Shown here piece by piece: positions 1 to 13,841 of a stretch of DNA of 64,000 nt. The notes beneath the pieces were generated by a model that was given only the letters and a program-made list of their open reading frames with translations, was not told the DNA's origin and did no database searches. The stretch comes from Felis catus (lineage: Eukaryota). The stretch lies in the NCBI RefSeq assembly GCF_018350175.1, contig NC_058380.1:56420001-56484000 (forward strand). The letters are read 5' to 3'. Numbering within the stretch: position 1 is the stretch's first letter; every line of letters begins with the position of its first letter. The position numbers and the translations under genes were made by a program.

Positions 1-148
1 GAGACGGGGCAGAGAACGCAGAGGGCTAGGACTGAGGGGCCGCGAGGACAGAGGGTGGCGGGGGGCAGAGCCCCGGACCGGGCGGGCTGAGGACCGCTGG
101 GTCTCGACGCCCGCTCTCTGGCTCCCCACGGCCCGCGGCCGCACTCAC

Positions 149-340
149 CAGCCTGGCGCGCCCCGGTGCCCCCGGCGTCTCCACGGCGTTCCCTCTGCTC
201 TGCCCGCCTCTCGGGCAGCCCCTACCTCGGCTCTGCTCCCTGCGCGGGGTCCCCAGCCGTGCGCTCCCGCAGCGGTGCGCTCTTCTGGCCGCGGTGCGCT
301 CACGCGCCGCTCTGCTGGCGGCGGCCGCGGGGGCGGGACC
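149..340 (-). other. CpG-island 5' exon, probably first exon of ARID3C (rest of gene lies left of the window)
   Basis: Very GC/CpG-rich region 1-400. Consensus donor CTG|GTGAGT on the - strand at 149/148. Synteny (ARID3C-SIGMAR1-GALT-IL11RA-CCL27-CCL19) puts ARID3C here on the - strand. The 5' boundary is approximate. Confidence 0.5.
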
Positions 341-1581
341 GGAGAGGGGCAGGGCGGGCGGGGGCGCGGGGGGAGAGGCCCCCCGGGGCTCTGCCGCTCC
401 CAGCCCCCCAACAGGTGTTCCCCCTCCACACTGCCAGAACGGGAGGAGGGGGCGCTGGAGAGCTGCCAGGAATCGTTCGAAGGAGAGTGAGGAGTCTAAC
501 ACCATTGGACTCTGGACCAGGGCCCCGCCACACCCACAAGTCGTGCCCCCCACATCCACACTCAGTGCCTGGCATTCATACACGAACAGCCGTGTTCACA
601 CACCAACACATACTGTCACAAGTTCGGGCACACAGCTGCCCTGTCTCACATACTTGGTAACATAGACACTACAGCGCCAATGGCCTGGGCAGGTTGTGAT
701 CATGAAAGGGGAATCACTCTGCAAGATACTGAGATGAATATGGAGGGTCTGCACAGAGCAAATGCTTCTCCCCCTGCCCTGCACAAGTGCTGTCCCCAAC
801 CGCAGGGAGGTTGCACTTTGTGCAATAGGTGCCCATGGTGGTGGACTCCCATGTCTGCACTCTGGCACTCAGAGGTCTCTGAACTGAGTCCACATCCATG
901 GCAGGGTACACACATACCACATGCAGATACATAGTTACACTTTTTTCTTTTTAATCTCTTGTGACCTTCTATTATGGAAATTTTCAAACATATACACAAG
1001 AATGGTGAATAGTATTATGAACCTCTGGTACTCATACCACATTTCAACAGTGATTAGAATTTTGCACATCCTCAACCCTGTGTGTGTGACTCCAGTCTGT
1101 ATCTCTAGACCCCTCAGCCAACTACTGCAGGTCCACCCTAACTCTAGTTATCCCCCAGATGCATATTTCTTATTTTCTTTTGCCACTGTCCTGAGTAGCA
1201 GGCCACAATTTCTTCTCTCAGCAGCCTGGACCCCATTCCTCATAGGAACCCTCATACATTCCTCAGTTGTTTCCTGTGCCCAAGGGGGTGGACCTACCAA
1301 ATGAATGAACAAAACAACCCGTATCTGTCGGGGTGACACCTGGCATGAGTATGAAACTCGGCTATATCACACCCAGTACCAGGGGCCATCTCCTAACCTC
1401 ATACTTAGTGAGGTGCACTGTTCCCAGGGCCAAGATTCCTCTAGGAGGCAGAAATTCAGGTGTGACTTTTGCCTACTTTCTCCTCCCCCAGTCAGTCCCC
1501 TCCTCTCAGACCCAGCTTGCCCTGGCCTGGACCACTAGCTCTTCTCACCAGATTCTTGTGGTAGGTGACACCCCTCTGCTC

Positions 1582-1825
1582 TTTTTTTTTTTTAAGTTAA
1601 AAAAATTTTTTTTTGTTTTAAGTTTATTTTTATTCATTTTGAGAGGAAGAGAGAGAGCGAGAGAGCAGGGGAGGGGCAGAGAGAGGGGAGAGAAAGAATC
1701 CCAAGCAGGCTCTGCACTGTCAGCGCAGAGCCCAACTTGGGGCTCGATCCCACAAACCTTGAGATCATGACCTGAGCCAAAATCAAGGGTCAGACGCTAA
1801 ACCAACTGAGCCACCCAGGAGCCCC
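1582..1825 (-). mobile_element. Can-SINE
   Basis: tRNA-derived head, (CT)n and poly(A) on the - strand, with TSD acccctctgc. Confidence 0.9.
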
Positions 1826-2799
1826 ACCCCTCTGCGTTCCTTGTCTCTATCCTCCACACTTGTCCCTGACCCACATTCCACTGTGGCACTAAGTCCTTGT
1901 TCTCTTTGGCCCACCTCTGGCCATACTGAAGCTCAGTACTGCTCATAACTTTGGCTCACTCCAGTGTTCTGCTCAGATTTCAGATCTGACAGCCAGTCAG
2001 ACCCCAATCCCCCAAGAAGCCTTGGTCATCCAACTGTCCTCAGTACTGATGCTCCCTCTCCAGTGGCTTTGGGTGGTGTGAATACTCCTAAAAAGCATCA
2101 AGCCCCTTCCTCTGGGCCTAGAGGGGAGAATCTGAATACGCCATGGCAAACATTCCCTAGGGGCTCCTGGCAGAGGGTAGAGCTCTGCAGAACTCATATG
2201 GCCAGCTTGCTTCCCATACACCCATTTCCCCTTCAGTGCTCAGAGAACAGGAGGTGCCTGGAGAGAGATAGATGGTAAGATTCTTCTTGGAAAGGTAGGA
2301 ACTGGCTTGGAGAAATTCTAGTTCTGGGAGTTTTGGAGATTGCTTCACAAGGGGCAGAGGAGGAGAGGGGTAAGGGACTGAGCAGCTTCACCCAAAGAAA
2401 GGAATCAATCATTAATCAAGCATAGTAAACCTATCTTGGGGGTCCAGACCAGGAGGGTTACAACTGGGAAGGGTTGAGGGGAAGCAAGAAGCTTGGCTGG
2501 GACCCGGTTTATCTCTCTCTTCATCTGTGAAGAAGAAAGGATGTCTCTCATACCCTCACTTAGCTCCCATCTGATTCTATACCTCACAGAGACAAAGACA
2601 GATCTAGATCTCCATTGATCCAACATATATTTACCAAGCAGCTACTTTGTGCAAGACATTGTTGGAAATAGGAGTAAATAAAACAAAGTCTTTATTATAA
2701 TGGTATAATTCCAGTGGGGAAATACATAATGTATCAGATGGTGATAATTAAAATGGGGAAAAATAAATCTGGGTTGAGGGGAATAGAAAGAGATGGATG

Positions 2800-3270
2800 G
2801 ATGTTATGTATTCATAGTAAATTATACTCAAACTTAGCAAGCTTAAAACAACATTTATTTTCTCACAATTCTGTGGATCAGGAATTTGATAGTGGCTTAG
2901 TTGTATGGTTCTGGCTCACTGCCTCTCATGAGGTTGTAGTATAAATGTTGGCTGTAGCTACAGTCACATGAAGGCTTGACTGGGACTGGAGGATCCACTT
3001 CCAAGATGACTCACTCACATGGCTGTTGGTAGGAGGCTGTTCTCCCCAGGTGGACCTCTCCATAGGAAAGGATCTCCTGCCTGAGGGTCCTCCCTACATG
3101 GCAGTTGGTTTCTCCCAGAGAGAGTGACCCAAGAGAGACGAAAGGAGGCAGCAATGCTTTTTTGGTCTAGTCTTAGAAATTACATAGTCACTTCTGCCAT
3201 GTATTTGTTAAAATTACATGAATATCCAACCCACATTCAAGGGGAAGGAAATTAGTCTTCACTTCTTAAG
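2800..3270. mobile_element. MaLR (MLT1-like) LTR relic, flanked by L2-like sequence
   Basis: cttaaaacaacatttattttctcacaattctgtggatcaggaattt...ttccaagatgactcactcacatggctg is a typical MLT1 pattern. Confidence 0.6.
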
Positions 3271-3282
3271 GGAGATATATAC

Positions 3283-3606
3283 TTTTTTTTTAATTTTAAA
3301 AAATGTTTATTTATTTATTTAGAGAGAGAGCAAGTGAGGGAGGGGCAGAGACAGAGGGAGAGAGGGAATCCCAAGTGGGCTCTGCGCTGTTAGGTCACGA
3401 GATCATGACCTGAGCCCTTATCAAGAGCTGGACACTTAACTGACTGGGCCACCCAAGTATCCCAAGGATTATCAAAAATTTTATGGAGTTATTTTAAAAC
3501 CACCACAGAAGGAGGGGGTGTGGCTGGCTGGTTCAGTTGGTAGAGCATGTGACTCTTGATCTCAGGGTTGTGAATTTGATCCCCACATTGGGCATGTAAC
3601 CTACCT

Positions 3607-3608
<2 letters not shown>
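3283..3608. mobile_element. Two Can-SINE fragments (3283-3463 on -, 3515-3608 on +)
   Basis: SINE head motifs gagatcatgacctgagc and ggttcagttggtagagcatgtgactcttgatctc. Confidence 0.75.

Positions 3609-3691
<83 letters not shown>
3609..3691. repeat. Compound (CA)n(GA)n microsatellite
   Basis: Directly visible. Confidence 0.95.
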
Positions 3692-3693
<2 letters not shown>

Positions 3694-4557
3694 CTGCTAT
3701 TACAGAAATGTTAGGGGAAGAAGCAAGAATTGAAGGAGGGGAGGAAGAGAGCCATAGGAATACCTAGGGAAGAGCTCTGCAGCCAGAATAGCAGGTACGA
3801 ACATCCTGAGATGGAAGTTTGCTTGATGTGTCAGAAGGAAAGCAAGGAAGCCACTGAGCTAAATTGGGGTGGCTGGGGTAAATGGTTGGATGTTTGGTCC
3901 ATAGGTAACAAGGGCCTTGGGAGTAGGTTCCTGGAGGCAGTGAAAGGACTAAATGAGATGGAAACCATTGAAAACGTCTGAGCAAAGGAAACAAAGCAAA
4001 ACAAAACAAAACAAAACAACAAAGAAATGTCTGAGCAGAAAGTAGAAGTCTTGACTCTGGCTACTGTGTAGAGAATCCTCCACACAGGATATAAGCATGA
4101 AGATCAATTAGGAGGCTATTGCAGTAATCCAGGCAAGTGATGATGGCTTGGACCAGGTGGTAGCAATGGAAGTGTTAAGACATAGGTAGATTCTGGATAT
4201 GTTTTTAAGATAAAACTGACAGGATCTGTTGATGGCTTGGATTCTCATTCTCATTCTCTCGATGTGAGAATGAAAGATATCCAAGATGGGGAGCCTGGCT
4301 GGTGTACTTTTACTTAAAAATAAAATCTCAAAAAAAGAAAGGTATCTATGATGACTCCAAGGTTTTTGGCACCTGAGTAAATGTAGGTACCTTTAACTCA
4401 GACAGTAAAGACTGTAAGATGTGTTGGTTTGGGAGAGAAATCAGTTTGCGTGGCCATTTTAAGTTTGAGATGCCAATTAGACAGGGGAGAGGGAGGCAGT
4501 CAGATATCTGAATCTGGTGCTGAAAGGTTTAGGCTAAGATAAAAAACTAGGAGTCAA

Positions 4558-4775
4558 GGGGTGCCTGGGTGGCTCAGTCGGTTGAGTGTCTGACTTTGGC
4601 TCGGGTCATGATCTCACAGTTTGTGAGTTTGAGCCCCACATCGGGCCCTGTACTGACAGCTCAGAGCCTGAAGCCTGCTTCAGATTCTGTGTCTCCTTTC
4701 TTTCTGCCCCTCCCCTGCTCGCTGTCTGTCTCTCTCTCTCAAAATAAATAAACATTAAAAAGCTAAAAAAACCCA
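4558..4775 (+). mobile_element. Can-SINE
   Basis: ggggtgcctgggtggctcagtcggttgag...aaaataaataaacattaaaa, with imperfect TSD aaactagga(g/t)tcaag. Confidence 0.9.
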
Positions 4776-4800
4776 AACAAACTAGGATTCAAGATGTACA

Positions 4801-5030
4801 GGGGCGCCTGGGTGGCGCAGTCGGTTAAGCGTCCGACTTCAGCCAGGTCACGATCTCGCGGTCCGTGAGTTCGAGCCCCGCGTCAGGCTCTGGGCTGATG
4901 GCTCAGAGCCTGGAGCCTGTTTCCCATTCTGTGTCTCCCTCTCTCTCTGCCCCTCCCCCGTTAATGCTCTGTCTTTCTCTGTCCCAAAAATAAATAAACG
5001 TTGAAAAAAAAATTAAAAAAAAAAAAAAAA
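4801..5030 (+). mobile_element. Young felid Can-SINE (SINEC_Fc type)
   Basis: CpG-intact ggggcgcctgggtggcgcagtcggttaagcgtccgacttcagccagg, long poly(A), TSD aagatgtaca. Confidence 0.95.
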
Positions 5031-5039
5031 GATGTACAG

Positions 5040-5617
5040 ATGGTCCTTGAGGTCCACCCATGTTGTTGTAAGTGGTAGGGTTTCCTTTTTTATGGTTGCA
5101 TGATATCCCAGCACATGTATGTATGTACTTTTTTTTTTTTAATCCATTCATCCTTGTGGGCATTATGCTAAGTGAAGCAAGTCAAGATGAAGACAAAATA
5201 CTGTATGTTCTCACTTATATGTGAAATCTAAAAAAACCCCAAACTCATAGAAATAGAGAACAGATTAAGAGTTGCCAGAGGCAGGGGGTATGGGCAGGTA
5301 GAGGTGGAATGGAGGAATGAGAAAGGTGGCCAAGGGGCATAAACTTCCAGTTATAAATAAGTCCTGGGGATGTAATGTGAAGCTTAGTGCTCTTATACTA
5401 TATTAGTAGTATATTAGTACATTAAATACTGTATTGTACATTGGAAAGTTGTTAAGAGAGATCTTTAAAGTTCTCATCTCAAGAAAAAAAGAATCTGTAA
5501 CTATGTGAGGTGATGGATGTTAACTTATTGTGGTAATCATTTCACCATACATAGATCAAATCATTATATTGTACACCTTTAAGTAATTTGTTATACTAAC
5601 TATATTTCAATAAAACT
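5040..5617 (+). mobile_element. Old truncated L1 3' fragment with inverted 5' piece
   Basis: L1 3' end cattatgctaagtgaa...tcaataaa from about 5160. Region 5040-5160 is L1 sequence in the opposite orientation. Confidence 0.65.
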
Positions 5618-5804
5618 TTTTTATTATTGAGGGACAGAGAAAGACAGAGCATGAGCAGGGGAGGGGCAGAAAAATAGGGAGACTCAGAATCCAGGCTCCA
5701 GGCTGACAGTAGAGAGCCGGATGTGAGGCTCGAACCCATGAACTGTTGAAATCATGACCCGAGCTGAAGTCAGATGCTAACCAACTGAGCCACCCAGGTA
5801 CCCC
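5618..5804 (-). mobile_element. Can-SINE
   Basis: TSD tcaataaaact. Confidence 0.9.
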
Positions 5805-6110
5805 TCAATAAAACTATTTTCAAAAAAGGCACATAGATGGTATTTAAAGTCATGAATGGCTAAGAACTCCTGGGAAGGGTATAGACAGAGAAGTTTGAGA
5901 ATTAAATCTTGGGAAGTCAAAGGCTGGAGATAAGAAAGATCAAGCAAAGGAGGCAATTTTAGGAAGAGTAGTGTCCTAGAAGCCAAGAGTATTTTAAGAG
6001 TGTTTCAAATGAAAGTTAAGAAATAGCCACTGGACCTAGTAGCTGAGACAGGGAGGAGCCTGGAAGCAGAGTCTTATGTGGAAGGGAAGGGGGAGATTAT
6101 AAGGGAAGCT

Positions 6111-6315
6111 TTCAATTTTTTTTTATTTATTTTTGAGACAGAGACAGAGCATGAAAGGGGGGAGGGTCAGAGAGAGAGGGAGACACAGAATCTAAGCAGG
6201 CTCCAGGCTCCAAGCTGTCAGCACAGAGCCCGATGCGAGGCTCGAACTCACAAACTGTGAGATCATGACCTGAGCCGAAGTCAGACGCTTAACTGACTGA
6301 GCCACCCAGGCACCC
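6111..6315 (-). mobile_element. Can-SINE
   Basis: Standard Can-SINE structure on the - strand. Confidence 0.9.
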
Positions 6316-6524
6316 CTGGGCATTTCTGATAGATGTGGGCTCTGAGCATAGAGGGAGAACTGGGTTACAGGGTGGGAGAAATCCTTGGAGGTTTGGCTTT
6401 GCACTGTTGTCAATGAGGCCTCAGCCAAATTCTGTCATGGCCAACATGATGGTGCGAATGGGGTGTTGGAATGGTCATCTTGCCTGGGCCTCACATTCAC
6501 TCAGAGTAAGAAATTTATAAACTT

Positions 6525-6750
6525 AAAAACAATTTTTTTTAACGTTTATTTATTTTCGAGACAATGCAAGAGACAGAGTGCAAGCAACGGAGGGACAGAC
6601 AGAGGGAAACACAGAATCCGAAGCAGAATCTAGGTTCTGGGCGATCAGCCCAGAGCCTGATGTGGGGCTCGAACACACGAACTGTGAGATCGTGACCTGA
6701 GCTGAAGTCAGACACTCAACCCTCAACTGACTGAGCCACTCAGGCACCCC
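6525..6750 (-). mobile_element. Can-SINE
   Basis: 16-bp TSD agaaatttataaactt. Confidence 0.9.
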
Positions 6751-7358
6751 AGAAATTTATAAACTTTTGATGTTGTTTCCAAATGGCCATACATGTAGTC
6801 TTCTGTATTTCGTTCACTAGAAATTTGAGTTTTTAGAATCTACAATTTTTATAACCATGTTCCTTCCACTTTTGATATATCAGGAGGCCTAAGAAGTGAG
6901 AGTGGCCTGGATCTTACTCAACCTCAGAGAAGGTGAGGTAGGTGAGGTGTCAAGGCGCAAAATTTAAGAAGGCAAATGCAGAGTCCCTGGGACGAGTGTA
7001 CCTTACACACCTCTTTTGCCTCACCCACCTCAGACACCACCAGGGGGTATGTCTGCTCTCTACCCCTGAGGGCCTCTACAAGTCAGGTGTCCTGGAGAAG
7101 TTAAGACTTTCTACTCTGGGTGGGGGTGGACAGGATATACTGGAAAGACGAAAATGATTATCGTGCCTCCATTACCCAAAAGTGGGTATACACTGCCACC
7201 CCGTGGCCACCCAGGATCGGACTCCAGGACTATTTTCAGAATGGCACCAGCAGAAGGCAAGACCAAGACACACACCATCTTACCCACCCCTGCATTTCTT
7301 CAAGTTAGCAGGTTTTCCTGCTGTTCAGACACACAAAGAAATGACTGTTCAACAAGTC

Positions 7359-7364
7359 TTTATT
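7359..7364 (-). terminator. SIGMAR1 polyadenylation signal AATAAA
   Basis: tttatt on the + strand, about 820 nt downstream of the stop codon. Confidence 0.75.
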
Positions 7365-8179
7365 AACAGAGACAGGTGGACAGACATCAAGGGCAGTATG
7401 TGGAAGCTGTGATGAGGGTGTATGTGTGCAGAAAAGGCCTTTGTAGGCCAGGGATGGCCCCCTGGACCTAGGCTAACTTCTCTAGGTCCTCTGCCCAGCA
7501 GTGGGCCCTGAGCTGAGGCCAGCCTCCCCCAATCACACTCCTAAGGGACGAATGGGGGAAAGGCATGGGGTCTTTTAGGATAGAAGGACCCTGACCTCAG
7601 CATTCTCCATTCTTACGGTTCTCCCAGCTGACTTAGTTGCTAAGAGTGGGGACAGGCCATGAGAGCACTTGCATAGTAAGGGGAACAGAATGAGGTAAGG
7701 CATATGGTGAGGATGGGGAGATGAGGGGGGCCTCCACAGGCAACCCTTCATCTCCCTCCCACCTCAGCTGCTGTTGGGTTGAAGGGTCAGGCCCAGACAG
7801 AGTATAATACCTACACCCATCACCAACTCCAGAGCCTTGACTGGTGGCAGGAAAGCTCTGGAAAAGGCTTGAGTTAGTGATTCAAGCTTGTGGTATGTCT
7901 GAATATGACTGGCCCCCTTGGTACATGTGGGGTTCCCTCTCTGGATGGTTGTGAACGTATGATGCTGCCGTACACATGGGATTGTATCTGCATGTATGTC
8001 CCATATGTTCCCACGAGTCTCTGTATTTGGTTACATAAGCATGTATGTCCCTGCTCGTACATCAGGAACTTAGTAGTTGCATGTTGTGTCCCTGTCTTTT
8101 CACATGGGCTCCAGAAAGTGGATGTATGCAGGCCTGCCTGCTCCTGTCCATCCACAGGTCCTCGTTCAGGCCTGGCTGG

Positions 8180-9944
<1,765 letters not shown>

Positions 9945-10270
9945 CCCGGCAGGCGTCCTAGCAGGAAGAAGTGAAGGAACAAACCGGGGCCTGGAGCTGT
10001 GACTTTTACAGCCTCAAAACCTGCGGCGCGCAGTTCACAACCGTACCCCCGCCACAGTCGTGGTACGGCTCGCCCTGGCCAATCAGAACAGTCCGAGCAC
10101 CCGGGCACCACCCCTTGGGTTGAACCATTTCCTCGCGGGGAGTGTGGAGCGCCGAGGAGTGGGGTGGAGCTGCGCGCGTGACGCGATGGGACGGGGCTTA
10201 ACCCTCCTAGCTGTCTGTGTTAGGGCCTAAGAGCAAGGTCTTTCCGAGTTCCTTACCGCGTGTGGGTGGT
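9945..10270 (-). promoter_or_regulatory. SIGMAR1 CpG-island promoter / 5' UTR
   Basis: CpG-rich, GGCCAATCA box at about 10077-10085, GC boxes, no TATA. Confidence 0.7.
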
Positions 10271-10659
10271 GGTCGGGGTAGGTGGCTGTGACAAGCAGAG
10301 TGGATTGGCCCCCTTCTCAAATTTGCAGCAGGCGATCGACTTGTGATTGTGATCTTTGCTAGCACAAAAAGTGGGAGGAGGCGCTTCTACCTAGGAAAAG
10401 TACGGAAGGCTTTCTGGAGGCGGTGACGCCTCTAAATGGTGTTTAGAAAAATGGGGAGGAGCATTCAGCGAATGAGACGTACTCTAAGAACAAAAGCACT
10501 ATGAAGAGACAGCAAGGAGTCTTTTGGGGCCTTTTGGGGCCTACGATTCATTCTTTGTTTTGGAGCACAAAATGTGAGAGGAGAGCATTGTACACCAACA
10601 GGGTTATGGGGAGGGAATGATAAAGGAAGAGAAGCAAAAGAGAAAAGCGGCAGCAGGGT

Positions 10660-10900
10660 GCAGTGATTAAGAAAGAAACGCTGGAACTGGATTGGTTGTT
10701 AAAAGACTGGCTCCTGCCAACCTACCAGTTGTGTGATCATGGGTAAGCTACTTAAGCCCTGTGACTCGGTTTTCTCATCTGGAAAGTGGGATGAATAAAA
10801 GTGTCTACCTCATAGTACATACCTTAATTGTGATGAAGGTTAAATGAGTTAATATTTATAAAGCAATTAGTGCCTGGCAAGTGGTGTCATATGTGTTAGT
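10660..10900 (+). mobile_element. MIR relic
   Basis: Core ...ctcggttttctcatctggaaagtgggatgaataaaagtgtctacctcatag. Confidence 0.7.
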
Positions 10901-11796
10901 TACATAAATAAAACACAAAGGAGAAAAGAACTAGAAGGACACAGCATCACACATGATAGTGATGGAATGAAGGGTCAACACAGTCAAATGCAATTAAGAG
11001 GTCTGATAAAATGATGGGAAATGGTCATTAGGTTTCTCAGTAAGGGCATGCAACAGAGATGATGCTATACAAATCTATTTCTTTTTGCTCTTGGGCAGCC
11101 ATATTACATTCCACAGTATACTCTGTAGCAGATGAAGCCATATGATTGTGTTCTGGCCAATGAAGTATAGGCAGGAATGAGGTATGCCACTTCCAGGTCT
11201 GGCTCCCAACATCCTCTGAAATTCTTTACATTCTTACTCTTCCCCCATCTAATATCTTAGTAATAGGGAATTAAGTAGTGGAGAATTCTGAATGCTGCTT
11301 CATCTCTCCCCCCACAATACACTTGCTAAACCACTGAGTTTGCGGGGGTGGGGGGGGTGGGGGGGGTGGGTGGGAAGGGTGTTGTTTGCTACAGTAACTA
11401 AGTTTACTTAGCCTATTACAGGCTGCTAGACATATTACAGTGTATCGTGTAGGTAAGAGTAGAGGCTGGGAAGCTGGACTATTTTCTGAGAAACTTGGCC
11501 AAGAAGGGAAAGATAAAGAAGGGATTATCTAGAGGGGAATGCATGGTGGAGGGAACATGTTTTTGTATTGGCTCTGGCTTCTGTGATGCTTCTGAGCTGA
11601 CCATCCTCTTAAGAACCTTGAGACTGAGGGGCTAACCTCAAAATCTGGTCTCTGCACCCCTGTTCCAGGCAAAGCCCTCTGGGACTGTCTAGGCCTGTGG
11701 CTTCCTTGGTCTTTCACAAGGATAGCACACAATGCTTTAAAAAAAATGGTCACAGCCATATTCTCCAGATGTTGTTAAGAAATAAAATTCAACAGA

Positions 11797-12012
11797 GGGG
11801 CGCCTGGGTGGCTCAGGCAGTTAAGCATCTGACTTCAGCTCAGGTCATGATCTCACAGTTTGTGAGTTTGAGTCCTGCATCCAGACCTGCGCTGACAGCT
11901 CAGAGCCTAGAGTCTGCTTCGGATTCTGTGTCTCCCACTCTCTCTGCCCCTTCACTGCTTGCATTCTGTCTCTCTCAAAAATAAATAGACATTAAAAATT
12001 AAAAAATAAAAT
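11797..12012 (+). mobile_element. Can-SINE inside the outer LTR
   Basis: TSD aaataaaattcaac. Confidence 0.9.
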
Positions 12013-12341
12013 AAAATTCAACCAAGTAAATTTGAAGATATAATTGGCCTTATTAAACAATTCATGAATCAGGCAGCACCCCATCTAGCAAGTAGAAAGG
12101 ACCTCCAAGCAAGAGATACACAAAATGTAAGATTTTTATAGGAAGAAATCTGGAAAAAAAAGTTTTTAGCAAAAGAAAAGGACTGTTCCAGGCAAGTTTC
12201 TTTTCTGTTAGGGGGAAGAGCAGGGGATCTTACCATACAGATTACCTTATCTTCCTCTGGGGGAAGGAAAGGGCCCCATTGGTGCTAATTAGAAAATTCC
12301 TGACTGACCAGTTAAGACTACATCTCTGGGAAGGTTGAAAC

Positions 12342-13062
12342 TGATGGGGTTTTATAGTGATGAGGGTTTGGAGCTGACAGCCAAGAGAGAATTTTCTTGA
12401 GACGTCTTTGGTGCAAAAAAGGTGATTTTATTAAAGCACAGGAACAAGACTTGTGGGCAGAAAGAGCTGCACTGGGGTTGTGCAGAGTGACTGGTTACCT
12501 ACTATGGAGTTGAGGGAGGTAAAGGCAAAAGGGAGACCTACAGGAGGACTTTGATATGCTAAAGAAGACTTATACATAAGATGCCTGCGACCTTGCTATT
12601 GCCAAGCTAAGGTTGTTTTCCCTCTAGTAAGGCATTAACATTAAAACAGTAGGAGGTTCCTGGAGAAAAGTTACACTCTATTTTTACCTCAAGTATTTGT
12701 CAATGGGCTGCAGGTTATGAGGAAATTTAATTTTACCCCCCATTTCCTTCTTCCCTTTGTACCCTGTATCACCATGGAGGGGAGGGTGATACTAGGCGTT
12801 CCAGGAAACTGGGTCTGTAGGTTTCTGGAGATTAGGCTATTGATAAGATTGCCTTTTTCTTGTAATTTACTAAGATATTTGTAAACCGATGGAGACTCAT
12901 GTCCTGTATGACTGTGATCTCTGTCAGTTGGCCATTTGTTTTCTTTCCTTTCCTTTGCTCTTGGGCAGCCCAGGAATGCCTGAGGAATATCACACATATC
13001 CTACCTGGTGTGTGTGTGTGTACACACGCTTTGCCCTCAGCTTGCCTTTTGCTCCCTCATCA
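12342..13062 (-). mobile_element. ERV1-type solo LTR (inner)
   Basis: Termini TGATG...CATCA, 4-bp TSD AAAC at 12338-12341 and 13063-13066, AATAAA on the - strand near 12427. Confidence 0.85.
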
Positions 13063-13841
13063 AAACCACAATTAGTTTAGGCATTATGCCCCGGTTTGGA
13101 GACTCCACTTAAGTGATGCTGGTTTGGGCCTGTGGTTTTCTTTTTAACAATGTTGCAGAAGAGATCACTCCTCTGGGATTTTGTAGGCAGAGAGCTCCAT
13201 AGGCCCCATCTCAGCCATTCTACTCTTCCCCCAAAAAGTGATCTTGGGGAGACAGAGGGGGAGGTTTGGAAATGTTCCTGATGTTTCTGAAAGGGATTAG
13301 GAATTAGTTGGTATGATCCAAGAAGTGGCACCAAAGCATTGGTGTTCTTGGAAAAATAGAGCTGCCTCCAAAATCCAGTGACCCCAACAACAAAGATAGC
13401 TGAGAGAGAAAGGAAAGCAAATCTTGTATCCCAGCTCCACCCCCAAGGATGAAAAGCCAGTGGTACGTGTAAAATCCTCGTTTCTCATTTCCCTGCTCCC
13501 TGCCCCCTACCTAGTGGCCTCTTCAGATTCCAGTCTGAGGACCTAGGGCAGAGATTAGGTAAATGAACTGTGACCCAGTTTTTGCATTTGAGCTGCAAAA
13601 CACCTGGGTTGACCTGGCCTGGGTTGGGGGAAGGGGCCTTCCTGCTACTGCCAAGCTCTGTCCTGAGTCTCACTGAAATCTCAGAGCCATTTTAGAGCAG
13701 TGAGAAGAATCTGGAAACTTGGGTTCAAATTTTAGCTTGGCCAGTCATCCTCTGGGTGAACTTGACGCTTCTGTTCCTCACTGTGGAATGAGGAGGAGGT
13801 TCAAACAATATTTAGACATCTCTCTAAAATTGCTAGGGGAG

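Larger units (their letters stand above)
11773..13149 (-). mobile_element. ERV solo LTR (outer), interrupted by a Can-SINE and a second LTR
   Basis: Termini TGTTAA...TTAACA, 4-bp TSD ATGT at 11769-11772 and 13150-13153. Confidence 0.8.

Noticed and set aside
26-665. Several overlapping 90-185 aa ORFs
   Set aside because: Stop-poor GC-rich CpG island giving low-complexity Pro/Arg/Gly translations with no recognisable domain.
4801-4880. tRNA-like A/B boxes here and in similar copies
   Set aside because: These are tRNA-derived Can-SINE heads followed by (CT)n and poly(A), not tRNA genes.
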